Source: a virus (taxonomy: Duplodnaviria; Caudoviricetes). From it: DNA of 40,529 nucleotides. The notes under the pieces are model-generated. The model did not search any database and was not told where the DNA came from. It saw only the letters and a program-made list of their open reading frames with translations. Shown here one piece after another: positions 6,530 to 15,929 of the stretch (its first letter is position 1; the number at the start of each line of letters is the position of its first letter). The stretch lies in IMG/VR virus record IMGVR_UViG_3300023173_000036, positions 1 through 40,529 of that record; one strand, given 5' to 3'. Made by a program: the position numbers and the translations under genes.

Positions 6530-8255
6530 ACTCAAGATTGTAGGTGATACAGCCTGCCCTGAGTGTACTGCTAGAGGTGGGGATCGTACTGGTAACCACA
6601 TGCTCATCTTCGAGAACAAAGAAGGTGAGAGGTTTGGCAAGTGTACTAGGGGTAGCTGTGGATTCTACATTGCACCTAAAGACTTTGACCCAGATAAGTA
6701 CAAGGCAGCTAAGCGTACAGAGAAAACACCTGAACAGTGTGATGCTGAGCTAGCTGAACTACTTGACTGTCCTTTCAAGAAGTTAGAATCACGTAACATT
6801 AAGGAGGCTGTATGCGAAAGGTTTGGAGTTAGGGTAGGGCTTGACCCTGTTAATGGGCAAGAGGTTACTACGCACTTGTACCCTAAGTATAGAGATGGCA
6901 AGCTAGTGTCTTACAAACTGCGTAACCTAGTTCCTAAGTTCTTCTACTCTCTTGGACACAAAGCTACTGACTGTGATCTGTTTGGGTTAGAGCAAGCCAA
7001 GAAGTCTGATGTAGGTAATCAATACCTATGGGTAGTAGAGGATGAGCTTAGTGCTATGTCCTGCTACCAAGTATTAGATGAGTACAGTAAGACGACTAAC
7101 AAGCCAGCAGTGGTTGGGCTACCTGATGGTACTGGTAGTATCTCTCGTGCTTTAGGTGAGCAACTGGACTGGGTTAACACCTTCAAGAATGTAGTCTTTG
7201 TAATGGATGGTGACAAGGCAGGGAAGAAAGCAGTAGAGGAAGGGCTTAAGCTAGTACCTCATGCTTTAGTTGTTGAGTTACCACCATTAAAGAACAAGAA
7301 GGAAGGTGTAGATCCTAATGACTACTTGATGAATGGTAAAGGTAGAGAACTGTTTAACTTCTTACTGTTCAGACAAGAAGCTCCTAAGATTGAAGGACTA
7401 GTTAGTGTACTTGATTGCTTAGATGAAGCACTAGAACCACCTGAGTATGGTGCTAGTTCTCCTTGGCCTGAGTTAGACAAGCTAACCTTTGGTCAAAGAA
7501 CTAAGGAGATAGTAGCAGTAGGTGGTGGAGTAGGTTGTGGTAAGACCCTTATGGCTCACATGTTAGCTGCTTGGAACTGGGAGCAACATGGTAGAGCTGG
7601 CTTCTGTGTGATGCTTGAGGAGAACAACGGTGATACTGTTAAGAACATAGCAGGTAAGATCGATGAAGTCCCTTACCATAGACCAGACTTTGACTTTGAT
7701 GTTGAGAAGTTAAGAGGTACAGCTACGAAGTTAAATGATGGTGTACACTTATGGAAGTCTTCAATCAATCAGAACATCCGTTATAACTTTGATAAGATTG
7801 AGCAAGCCATCCGATACCATGCTGCTGTTAATAATATCAAGGACGTATACTTTGATAACATTACTGCTGCTACTCAGCACTTAACTCCTAGTGAGATTAA
7901 CACTGAGGTAGGTAGGATTGCTATGACACTAGCAGGATTGGCTGATGAGCTAGACCTACAGATCTTTATCTTCTCTCACCTTAACACTCCTAGCTCTGGC
8001 CCTAGTCATGAGGAAGGAGGGGAAGTTAAGGAGTTCCAGTTCACTGGATCGAGAGCACTGATGAGGTGGTGTCAAGTTATCATAGGCTTCGAACGTAACA
8101 AGCAAGCTGAAGGTGACACTAAGCATGAGAGTAGAATCAGACTACTCAAGCAACGTAAGTATGGAACTACTGGTGTGGTAGATACACAGTATGTACCTAG
8201 TACTGGTATGTTAATTGAAAGACCTAAGGTCGAAGAAAAGAATGAGGAGTTTTAA
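6522..8255 (+). CDS. DNA primase/helicase (T7 gp4-like)
   Basis: N-terminal CPEC zinc finger; TOPRIM (VEDE, DGDKAG, DPND); Walker A GGVGCGKT; SF4 motifs FSHL, FTGS and KQRKYG. Confidence 0.95.
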   Translation: MSKLKIVGDTACPECTARGGDRTGNHMLIFENKEGERFGKCTRGSCGFYIAPKDFDPDKYKAAKRTEKTPEQCDAELAELLDCPFKKLESRNIKEAVCERFGVRVGLDPVNGQEVTTHLYPKYRDGKLVSYKLRNLVPKFFYSLGHKATDCDLFGLEQAKKSDVGNQYLWVVEDELSAMSCYQVLDEYSKTTNKPAVVGLPDGTGSISRALGEQLDWVNTFKNVVFVMDGDKAGKKAVEEGLKLVPHALVVELPPLKNKKEGVDPNDYLMNGKGRELFNFLLFRQEAPKIEGLVSVLDCLDEALEPPEYGASSPWPELDKLTFGQRTKEIVAVGGGVGCGKTLMAHMLAAWNWEQHGRAGFCVMLEENNGDTVKNIAGKIDEVPYHRPDFDFDVEKLRGTATKLNDGVHLWKSSINQNIRYNFDKIEQAIRYHAAVNNIKDVYFDNITAATQHLTPSEINTEVGRIAMTLAGLADELDLQIFIFSHLNTPSSGPSHEEGGEVKEFQFTGSRALMRWCQVIIGFERNKQAEGDTKHESRIRLLKQRKYGTTGVVDTQYVPSTGMLIERPKVEEKNEEF

Positions 8256-8257
8256 TT

Positions 8258-8464
8258 ATGAGTAATAAATTTGTAAGCTTTAGTCGTAAACATATGGAAG
8301 GGGATGATCAGAAGATGATCTTACCTGCTGCTGTAATTGCAGAAGTTAACATTGCACTAGACAGTAGCGTATGGCTTAAGTATTGGGATGTTAAACTCCA
8401 AGAGTACAAGAGCTTCCCAGTAGCAGAAACCTTTAATGAGATGCAGAAAAAGTTAGGAGCTTAG
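8258..8464 (+). CDS. hypothetical protein
   Basis: GAGGAG RBS; tight packing. Confidence 0.7.
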   Translation: MSNKFVSFSRKHMEGDDQKMILPAAVIAEVNIALDSSVWLKYWDVKLQEYKSFPVAETFNEMQKKLGA

Positions 8465-8465
8465 T

Positions 8466-8666
8466 ATGGAACCAGCTACAATTGCTTTCCTTATCTTCGC
8501 AGGATACCCCTTACTTCAAGATGCCTATGACTTCTGGTTCACTGATGAGCCAGTAGCCAAGGAGTGTTGGACTCAGACCAAGAAGGATCCTGTAATCTAT
8601 CAGTGGTTAGAGTGTAAGCCTGACCAAGAAGTAAAGGTACTACCTTCCAAAACTAAAGTAGGGTAA
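8466..8666 (+). CDS. hypothetical protein with hydrophobic N-terminus
   Basis: AGGAG RBS; tight packing. Confidence 0.7.
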   Translation: MEPATIAFLIFAGYPLLQDAYDFWFTDEPVAKECWTQTKKDPVIYQWLECKPDQEVKVLPSKTKVG

Positions 8667-8671
8667 TCCAA

Positions 8672-9196
8672 GTGAGTAAGACAGTAGTCTTCGATATTGA
8701 AACTGATGGATTCCTAGATGTGTTAACCCTAATGTCAGTGGCTTGGACATATTGTATTGAAGAGGGTGAGTGGATAGAGTGGAGAGAGTGGGAAGTTGAT
8801 AAGCTAGTCGAGTACCTTAACACTAGCACTAGACTAGTGGCTCACAATGGCATAGCTTTCGATTCTCCTGCTGTTGAGAAGATTACTTCTACCCCTATTA
8901 CTTCTCCTATCTTTGATACAATGGTAGCTAGTAGAGCACTTAACCCTGATAGGTACGGAGGCCATAGCCTAAAGGCTTGGGGTATACGGTTAGGAATCCT
9001 TAAAGGTTCTGTTGGAGAAGACGGAGATGAAGACATCGAAGAAGTATATGGTGTCTACACTCCTGAGTTAAGTGAGTACTGTAAGCAGGATGTGGTTGTA
9101 ACAGTGGCACTCTTCAACAGGTTAACTGAATCAATGAGTCCTGAAGCTATCGACTTAGACCCTATCAATTGGGAGGAGTACAAATGCAAGACATGA
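8672..9196 (+). CDS. 3'-5' exonuclease subunit of a split family A DNA polymerase
   Basis: ExoI FDIETDG, ExoII HNGIAFD, HSLKAWG, ExoIII YCKQDV. Confidence 0.93.
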   Translation: MSKTVVFDIETDGFLDVLTLMSVAWTYCIEEGEWIEWREWEVDKLVEYLNTSTRLVAHNGIAFDSPAVEKITSTPITSPIFDTMVASRALNPDRYGGHSLKAWGIRLGILKGSVGEDGDEDIEEVYGVYTPELSEYCKQDVVVTVALFNRLTESMSPEAIDLDPINWEEYKCKT

Positions 9197-10674
9197 ACCT
9201 CCCTATGTGGTGTGAGACTCAAGTCGCTAGCATCATGTCTAAGCAGGAGATACATGGAGTTAACTTTGATAAGCGCAAGGCTAGCTTCTTAGTTCACCAA
9301 CTGACTGAGGAGATTCTAAAGGTAGATCTTGAGGCTGTACCTCAACTTCCTAAGATGAAGAACGTAGCTGATGCCTACAAGAAACCTTTCCTTAAGAGTG
9401 GCAAGCTAGCTCATTGGCCTAAGTTATACTGTGAAGCTCACGGCATACCTGAGGAGTGGGTAGGTGGCCCATTCAGTAGAGTCTGGTACACTGATTTTGA
9501 CATGGGTAAGACTGACCTAGTTAAGCGTGTACTAATCGACCACGGTTGGAAACCTACTGAGTGGAACACTAAGAAGTTAGTTGGCCTAGACAATGCAGCA
9601 GAGTGGGTAGATAACTACATCACTAAGAACTTAGTAGAAGACAAGTCAGCTAACTTCAAAGACCTGAGGCTTAAGGAGATGAACTACAATGGTGTCCGTA
9701 ACAGGAAATCCTTAGCTAAGTTCATGCTTAACCAAAGGTACATACCTACTTCTCCTAAGATTACTGAGGACTCTTTGAAGTCAGTAAGTGGTAGTGTCGG
9801 TGGTCTGGTTATGAAGCGAGTAGTCTTGTCTCATAGACGATCACTGACCAAAGGTTTGCTAGATAAGCTCAGACCTGATGGTAAGTTAGGTGCAGGGTGT
9901 AACCCTTGTGCTACCCCTACATTCAGGGCTAACTACAAGGTAGTAGTTAACATCCCTGCTGCTAGGTCAGTGTATGGTAAGCAGTTACGTAGCTTGTTCA
10001 TACCTGACAATGAAGACCATGTATTCCTAGGCTCTGATGCTGCTGGCTTAGAAGCTAGGATGCTATGCCATTACATGAATGATCCTAACTATACGGACAT
10101 CTTGCTTAATGGTGACATCCATAGCTACAACCAAGAGCTAGCAGGTCTACCTACTAGGGATCATGCTAAAACTTTCTTCTACGCTTTCCTATATGGAGCT
10201 GGTGACGCTAACCTAGGAGCACAAGTAGGAGGAGGTAAGAAGGAAGGTGCTGAGATGAGAGCTAACTTTCTTAATGGATTGCCTAAGCTGGATAACCTTA
10301 TTAACAGGTTGACTAATGAGGCTAGTTCTGGTAAGATTGTTGGCCTAGATGGTAGGACTCTCCACATGAGGAAAGGGTGGGATGGTCTACCTGAAACACA
10401 CAAAGCTCTTAACACTCTCCTTCAATCTGCTGGTGCTATTGTAATGAAGTACGGTATGATCTTCTTAGATCATTGGGTAAGGCAAGCACAGTTAGAAGCT
10501 CATCAAGTAATCTGGATGCACGATGAGGTACAGTGGTCAGTACACAAAAAAGACCTAGAAGAGATGGAACTCTTCGCTAATAACTATGTCAGAGTAGCAG
10601 GTGAATTCTTAAACATGAATGTACCACTAGCTTCTGACGCTATGATTGGTAATAACTGGTATCAAACACACTAA
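9184..10674 (+). CDS. family A DNA polymerase, polymerase subunit
   Basis: Motif A DAAGLEAR, motif B RDHAKTFFYAFLYGAG, motif C MHDEVQ; GGAGGAG RBS favours ATG 9184. Confidence 0.95.
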   Translation: MQDMNLPMWCETQVASIMSKQEIHGVNFDKRKASFLVHQLTEEILKVDLEAVPQLPKMKNVADAYKKPFLKSGKLAHWPKLYCEAHGIPEEWVGGPFSRVWYTDFDMGKTDLVKRVLIDHGWKPTEWNTKKLVGLDNAAEWVDNYITKNLVEDKSANFKDLRLKEMNYNGVRNRKSLAKFMLNQRYIPTSPKITEDSLKSVSGSVGGLVMKRVVLSHRRSLTKGLLDKLRPDGKLGAGCNPCATPTFRANYKVVVNIPAARSVYGKQLRSLFIPDNEDHVFLGSDAAGLEARMLCHYMNDPNYTDILLNGDIHSYNQELAGLPTRDHAKTFFYAFLYGAGDANLGAQVGGGKKEGAEMRANFLNGLPKLDNLINRLTNEASSGKIVGLDGRTLHMRKGWDGLPETHKALNTLLQSAGAIVMKYGMIFLDHWVRQAQLEAHQVIWMHDEVQWSVHKKDLEEMELFANNYVRVAGEFLNMNVPLASDAMIGNNWYQTH

Positions 10675-10689
10675 AAAGGTATTTTAAAT

Positions 10690-11352
10690 ATGGCTAAGAT
10701 CGCACAAGCAGGTTCAGCAAATAAGAAAGTCTACTCTCTAATCCCAACTGATGAGTACGAAGCACGTCTAGTTAGTTTTGTATTGATTGGTGTTCAGAAG
10801 CAACGACCATTCAAAGGTACACCTAAACCTGATGCACTAGTAGCTAAGATTAGTTATGAACTAATTGGTGAGACAGTAACAGTCACAGATGGTGAAGGTA
10901 ATGAGGAGACTAAGCCAGCTATTGTCTTCCAAGATGTAGTAGTACCTGCTGCTGGTGTTACCCGTGGTCACATGTTCAACCTACTGCAAGCAACCACTGG
11001 TGACAAAGAAACCTATGATGACACTGACAAGTATGCTGACCTTATCGGTATGCCAGTAAGTCTACAGGTAGGTAGCTACACTGGTAAACAGGATGGAGTA
11101 GAGCGTAACTGTATCAATGCAGTTAACCCTATCCCTAAGAAGTACCGTGATGGTGTAGAGGATAGCACAGTAGATACCCTCTTCTTCTGCTGCTATGATG
11201 ACAGTGAGTCAGCTAAGGAGAAGTATGCAGGACTAGGTAACTTCCTACAAGGTAAGCTAGCAGAAGCTAGTGACAAGGACTTCCTACCGTGTATCACACA
11301 GGAGTGGCCTACTGAGAAACCTGCTGATGATGACGATGAAAAAGAATTCTAA
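10690..11352 (+). CDS. putative single-stranded DNA-binding protein
   Basis: Follows the polymerase; beta-rich; acidic tail ending in Phe (DDDDEKEF) as in T7 gp2.5. Confidence 0.6.
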   Translation: MAKIAQAGSANKKVYSLIPTDEYEARLVSFVLIGVQKQRPFKGTPKPDALVAKISYELIGETVTVTDGEGNEETKPAIVFQDVVVPAAGVTRGHMFNLLQATTGDKETYDDTDKYADLIGMPVSLQVGSYTGKQDGVERNCINAVNPIPKKYRDGVEDSTVDTLFFCCYDDSESAKEKYAGLGNFLQGKLAEASDKDFLPCITQEWPTEKPADDDDEKEF

Positions 11353-11362
11353 TCAACAGGGT

Positions 11363-11395
11363 GGGGCTAGCAATAGCCCCTTACTTTTCTTCTTC
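11363..11395 (+). terminator. intrinsic terminator
   Basis: GGGGCTA-GCAA-TAGCCCC then T-rich tract. Confidence 0.75.
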
Positions 11396-11413
11396 TAAAA
11401 TAAGAGGTATTAC

Positions 11414-11689
11414 ATGGTTAAATTTCCACACGTAAAATCACAACTGCCACTAATGATGGACAACCCTGATCCTGATTCTCCTCTTGATGTACAAGTAGGA
11501 GGTGGTCACTACAAAGATCTACCTATCCAACCTATTGAGTACATCTACAAGAACAACCTTAACTTCTTACAAGGTAACATTGTTAAGTATGCTACTCGTT
11601 ACAAAGACAAGAATGGTAAGGAGGATCTTGAGAAGGTTATCCACTATGCTCAACTACTGATTGCTATGGAGTACTCAGATGATAGCTAA
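11414..11689 (+). CDS. DUF3310 / T7 gp1.7-like nucleotide kinase family protein
   Basis: QVGGGHY, IQPIEYI, GNIVKY..R...KNG.EDLEK. Confidence 0.85.
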   Translation: MVKFPHVKSQLPLMMDNPDPDSPLDVQVGGGHYKDLPIQPIEYIYKNNLNFLQGNIVKYATRYKDKNGKEDLEKVIHYAQLLIAMEYSDDS

Positions 11690-12542
11690 CATTGATGGTG
11701 ATATACTTACCTACTCTGTTGGCTCATTCACTAATGATCACCCCTTCCTTAAAGATCAAGAAGGTAAACCTTTACAGATGCCAGTAAGTACTGAAGCTAT
11801 CAAAGGGTTAGTTGATGATGAGATTAGGAAGATAGTAGAAGGTGCTGAGTGTACTGACTACCGTATCTTCTTGAGTGGTAATAATAACTACAGAGTAGAG
11901 GTAGCTACTACCTATCCTTACAAAGGCAACAGGGATGGGTTAGAGAAACCTTACCACTGGCAAACAGTACGTGATTACCTAGAGTCCATAGCTTACAACA
12001 TTTCTCCTGACAATGAAGCTGATGATGAGTTAGCTAATGCACAGACTGAAGACACTGTACTCTGCTCACTAGACAAAGATCTACTCATGGTAGTAGGTTG
12101 GCACTACAATTGGAGGAAAGAGGAGAAGCGTTATGTGTCAGACACAGAGGGCTACTATTGGTTCATGTATCAACTTCTGGTTGGTGACTGGTCTACCGAT
12201 GCAATCCTTGGCTGTGCTAAACTTGTTGAGAAAGTCTATGGCCCTAAAGCTAAGAAAGCTGGACAGACTTACACAAGACGTGAAGGTGTCGGCCCTAAGA
12301 AAGCTGAAGAGATACTCAATGTCGAACCTAGTGAGATGCTAGACAAAGTAGTAGCTGCTTACAAGGCTGAATTTGGTACTGACTGGTTAGACAAACTTAA
12401 TGAAATGGGTGCACTGCTGCACATGGGAGGACATAAAGATGACCACTGGAACTACGAAAGACAAACAAACCACACTAGAGAAAGTGGACGATACTGTTTT
12501 CAACAGATCAGTACCTCTGATTCTGAAGCAGATTGTTTCTAA
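11679..12542 (+). CDS. 5'-3' exonuclease (T7 gp6-like)
   Basis: IDGDIL, YKGNR, EADD, SLDKDL, GD.STD.I.G, GVGPKKA; GGAG RBS favours ATG 11679. Confidence 0.92.
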   Translation: MIANIDGDILTYSVGSFTNDHPFLKDQEGKPLQMPVSTEAIKGLVDDEIRKIVEGAECTDYRIFLSGNNNYRVEVATTYPYKGNRDGLEKPYHWQTVRDYLESIAYNISPDNEADDELANAQTEDTVLCSLDKDLLMVVGWHYNWRKEEKRYVSDTEGYYWFMYQLLVGDWSTDAILGCAKLVEKVYGPKAKKAGQTYTRREGVGPKKAEEILNVEPSEMLDKVVAAYKAEFGTDWLDKLNEMGALLHMGGHKDDHWNYERQTNHTRESGRYCFQQISTSDSEADCF

Positions 12543-12645
12543 GGTTAACGAACTAGTGGATAAGTATAATGAGCAAGAAGCGATGGTACAAAGCAAGACC
12601 CGTAGTACAAAAGGTAACAAGCGAACAAACGGGACTGACGTATGA
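12439..12645 (+). CDS. 68-aa protein overlapping both the exonuclease and endonuclease genes
   Basis: GGGAGG RBS 8 nt before ATG 12439; amphipathic helix LKQIVSKVNELVDKYN. Confidence 0.55.
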   Translation: MTTGTTKDKQTTLEKVDDTVFNRSVPLILKQIVSKVNELVDKYNEQEAMVQSKTRSTKGNKRTNGTDV

Positions 12646-13009
12646 CTCACTGTTAGAGTGTGAACTACACGAAGGGGTGCTTAAAGATTTTGATAAGCAC
12701 CCTTACACTATTGACTACACGGTCTCCCATAAATACCATCCTGACTTCTGTAATGATAAGCTAGTCATTGAGTGCAAGGGGTTCTTCCAAGATTCCTCTG
12801 AAGCTAGGAAGTATAAAGAGATACGTAAAGAGCTAACTGACAAAGAGTTAGTATTTATATTTGAGAAGCCTGATACCCCTCTACCTTGGGCTACCAAGCG
12901 TAAGGATGGTACTCGAATGACCCACAAAGAGTGGGCTGAGTACAATGGGTTCAGAGCTTATGGCAAAGATGTAACACTTGAGGAACTAACTAATGTTAAC
13001 TATGAATGA
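12569..13009 (+). CDS. endonuclease I / Holliday junction resolvase (T7 gp3-like)
   Basis: YDSLLE, YHPDF, IECKGFF PD-(D/E)xK core; EWAEYNGF. Confidence 0.9.
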   Translation: MSKKRWYKARPVVQKVTSEQTGLTYDSLLECELHEGVLKDFDKHPYTIDYTVSHKYHPDFCNDKLVIECKGFFQDSSEARKYKEIRKELTDKELVFIFEKPDTPLPWATKRKDGTRMTHKEWAEYNGFRAYGKDVTLEELTNVNYE

Positions 13010-13301
13010 TTACCAAGCTAGAGCTTTAGCTACTGCTCTGTACAAAGATCCTCTCTATCCCCTTCTTGCTTTAGGTGAAGAGGTTGGAGAACTACAAGGA
13101 AAGTTTGCTAAGTTCTATCGGGGTGACAAGGAGCTAGTAGAAGCTGACATTAAGAAGGAAGCAGGGGATATCCTCTGGCAACTATCAGCCTTCTGCTATG
13201 AGCAAGGTTGGAGCTTAGAAGATGTAGCACAAACTAATCTTGATAAACTTGCTGATCGTAAAGCTAGGCAAGTGTTGCGTGGTGATGGGGATAACCGATG
13301 A
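12993..13301 (+). CDS. MazG-like nucleotide pyrophosphohydrolase
   Basis: EEVGE...KKEAGDILW...NLDKLADR..R.VLRGDGDNR. Confidence 0.9.
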   Translation: MLTMNDYQARALATALYKDPLYPLLALGEEVGELQGKFAKFYRGDKELVEADIKKEAGDILWQLSAFCYEQGWSLEDVAQTNLDKLADRKARQVLRGDGDNR

Positions 13302-13393
13302 GTGACAAAGATTGCAACTGTACAGACTGGGGAGAGGTAACTTTCTGGACTGGTGTAACAATAGTGCTAGTGGTTAATATAATCTGGGGATAG
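13298..13393 (+). CDS. 31-aa single-TM peptide
   Basis: ATGA coupling; MSDKDCNCTDWGEVTFWTGVTIVLVVNIIWG. Confidence 0.5.
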   Translation: MSDKDCNCTDWGEVTFWTGVTIVLVVNIIWG

Positions 13394-13395
13394 GA

Positions 13396-14400
13396 ATGAC
13401 AGACATAACTGTAGAATTAATTGATAACAAACAAGATGATCTAACTGTAGTCAATGCAGCTAGGGTTAGTTTTGATAAAGAAAGTAAAGAGTTTACCTAC
13501 CGAGAGGAAGTACCTAAAGGTAGTGATGAGGGGCTAGTAAACTATCTAGCTGCCCATGACCATTGGACTCCCTTCTCTCATGTACGAGAAACATTTACTT
13601 TACCTGCCAAGTATTTTAGAGGAGGCCTCCTACCAGAGACTTATACAGGTATGGTATGTAAGGTAGATGCTGAGTCCAAAAACATGATTAAGGTTAGGCA
13701 TTCCCTTTGGGGCTGGGCGAAGTTACTTATCTCAAGTAAAGTTGTAGATCCTGCATCCACCCTAATTGGCAACATGCTTGTTGATCGTTACCCTGTGTCT
13801 GCTAGAGCCTGTGGCCTATTGAGGAAACAAGCACAGCTATCAGCTATTGACGCCAACGTAGCTCTTGTTACAGAAGACACTGACCCTGACTACGTAGATG
13901 TAACTCTCCGAGAGACTGTACCTATCTTCGTAGCTAGGCAACGGTTCAAACACATGGTAGGCTTTACTTACAATGAGGTTAGCCGTAGGTATGTAGATGA
14001 TGCACCCACCTTTTATGTACCTGATACATGGCGTAGTCGTCCCGATGGTAGCGTAAAGCAGGGGAGTGGTGATGACTTCACCGGCTACTTCTGGACAGAG
14101 GAGGAAGCCTGCGTAGACAGGACTTTGGAAGAAGTTTACGAAGGCCATCTAGATGCCTGTTTAGATTTTTACACAGAGATGATTGAAAAGGGCATAGCGC
14201 CCGAACTGGCTAGGATAGTGTTACCTCAGAGTATGATGACTTCTTACTATGTAACAGGCTCCCTGTCTGCCTTTGCTCGTATGGTTAAGCAACGTAAAGA
14301 TCCACATGCTCAGAAGGAGATACAAGATCTAGCTAACAAAGTAGACAATGTAATCTCAGAACTACACCCTAACCTTTGGAAAGAATCACTAGGAAATTAG
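13396..14400 (+). CDS. thyX: flavin-dependent thymidylate synthase
   Basis: VVNAARVSF, HWTPFSH, PIFVARQRFKH...NEVSRRY, ELARIVLPQS, HAQKEI. Confidence 0.93.
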   Translation: MTDITVELIDNKQDDLTVVNAARVSFDKESKEFTYREEVPKGSDEGLVNYLAAHDHWTPFSHVRETFTLPAKYFRGGLLPETYTGMVCKVDAESKNMIKVRHSLWGWAKLLISSKVVDPASTLIGNMLVDRYPVSARACGLLRKQAQLSAIDANVALVTEDTDPDYVDVTLRETVPIFVARQRFKHMVGFTYNEVSRRYVDDAPTFYVPDTWRSRPDGSVKQGSGDDFTGYFWTEEEACVDRTLEEVYEGHLDACLDFYTEMIEKGIAPELARIVLPQSMMTSYYVTGSLSAFARMVKQRKDPHAQKEIQDLANKVDNVISELHPNLWKESLGN

Positions 14401-14401
14401 T

Positions 14402-14680
14402 ATGAAGATTTATGTAGTAGTAGAGAACGGTACACCATTAATGCTAACAGAAGATCGTGACATAGCTATCAAGACACTAGCACTTGGAGCTATGGCAGGA
14501 CAAACTATGAACTTATCAGTAGTTACTGACTTCATTACTAAAGCTGCTGATGGAGATACAATCGATGAAGCTATTGAAGGGTCTAGAAAGCTTGACCCTG
14601 AGTTAGTAGATGATGCCTTATCTCAAGTACGTGAGCAAGTAGATCAACTAGACCCTATCGAGTTAAAGGTGGTACACTAA
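14402..14680 (+). CDS. hypothetical protein
   Basis: Tight packing; AGGA RBS. Confidence 0.75.
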   Translation: MKIYVVVENGTPLMLTEDRDIAIKTLALGAMAGQTMNLSVVTDFITKAADGDTIDEAIEGSRKLDPELVDDALSQVREQVDQLDPIELKVVH

Positions 14681-14838
14681 TGGCTGGTAAAACTAGTAGG
14701 AATTATCTCAATAGAACTAAAGCTTCCCGTGAAGTTATGGCATTACGATGGACACTAGGCTTTAGTAAATGTGAGAAAGAAAAGGAAGAAGCTCGTAAGA
14801 AACTGGTCGAGCTAGGAGAGATCAAAGAGGAGAAGTAG
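14680..14838 (+). CDS. 52-aa basic protein (MAGKTSRNYLNRTK...)
   Basis: Translated by hand; TAATG coupling; fills the gap exactly. Confidence 0.65.
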   Translation: MAGKTSRNYLNRTKASREVMALRWTLGFSKCEKEKEEARKKLVELGEIKEEK

Positions 14839-15153
14839 ATGTACTACTCAGCGATTGTAGATCCAGATAGCACTAATGAGGTAGAGCTAGGAGAGACAGA
14901 TGTTCTAGTTGCTATCTCTGAAGCTTACAACATTGACCTAACCATAATCAAAGAACCTAGTGATGAGCTTCTTACTTTTGCTATTGAACAAGGTGCTATC
15001 CGTACACCAGTAGTAATGGCTGGTAAGAAGGTAGTAGGTTGGGGAGATGATGCAGTAATTAACCTGATCAAACACCACAAGAAGTATCCACACGTAGAGT
15101 ACTTAGGTGCTAGACACTATGATAATACCTATGCTAAGAGGTTAGCTGAATGA
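14839..15153 (+). CDS. glutaredoxin-fold-like protein lacking cysteines
   Basis: GAIRTPVVMAGKKVVGW resembles the Grx/NrdH cis-Pro region; no Cys. Confidence 0.5.
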   Translation: MYYSAIVDPDSTNEVELGETDVLVAISEAYNIDLTIIKEPSDELLTFAIEQGAIRTPVVMAGKKVVGWGDDAVINLIKHHKKYPHVEYLGARHYDNTYAKRLAE

Positions 15154-15929
15154 AGATAGTAGTTATCCCTGATACACAGGTTAAACCTAACACACCAACT
15201 AACCACATCTTAGCTGCTGGTAAGTACATCGTAAGGCATAGGCCTGATGTCGTAGTAGTGATAGGTGATTGGTGGGATATGGAGTCTCTGTCTAGGTTCT
15301 CTACTAAGAAGAAGGTAGAAGGTCAGAGAGTTCAGGAGGATCTTAAGGCAGGTGAAGATGCTATGGATCTTTTCTTATGCCCTCTTAAGTCTCTTCAGCT
15401 TAAACAGAAGATTCAGAAGAAGAGAGTGTATAAACCTAGACTAGTCTTCTGTGTAGGTAACCATGATCCACAGGTACGTATCCCTAGGTACATCGATGAC
15501 AACCCTGTAATGGAAGGTATGTTCTCAGGGGATTGGACTAATGAGTACCTTGAACGCTGTGGCTTTGAGGTACACCAGTTCCTAGAGATCGTAGAGATTG
15601 AAGGTATTAGATTCTCTCACTACTTCCAGAACTCACACTCTGCTACTAAGTCTCCTCTTGGTGGACAGATTGATACAATGATTAAGAATGCTGGCTTCTC
15701 CTTTGTACAAGGACATACTCAAGGTATGAAGATGGGTAAGCATTACTTAGGGGATGGAACTAAGAGGTTAGGTATTGTAGCTGGTAGCTTCTATCAGCAT
15801 GAAGAAGATTACATGGGTGCTCAGGGTAACAACCATTGGAGAGGTATCATCCAGCTTAATGAAGTTGCTGATGGTAGTGCTGACATCTGTGAACTAAGCT
15901 TGAATTATTTATTGGAGAAGTATCTATGA
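15150..15929 (+). CDS. calcineurin-like metallophosphoesterase
   Basis: IPDTQ, IGDWWD, VGNHD, FSH, QGHTQ. Confidence 0.9.
   Translation: MKIVVIPDTQVKPNTPTNHILAAGKYIVRHRPDVVVVIGDWWDMESLSRFSTKKKVEGQRVQEDLKAGEDAMDLFLCPLKSLQLKQKIQKKRVYKPRLVFCVGNHDPQVRIPRYIDDNPVMEGMFSGDWTNEYLERCGFEVHQFLEIVEIEGIRFSHYFQNSHSATKSPLGGQIDTMIKNAGFSFVQGHTQGMKMGKHYLGDGTKRLGIVAGSFYQHEEDYMGAQGNNHWRGIIQLNEVADGSADICELSLNYLLEKYL

Noticed and set aside
9169-9196. Intron or programmed frameshift joining exo and pol
   Set aside because: No intervening sequence or obvious slippery heptamer; the pol ORF has its own strong RBS
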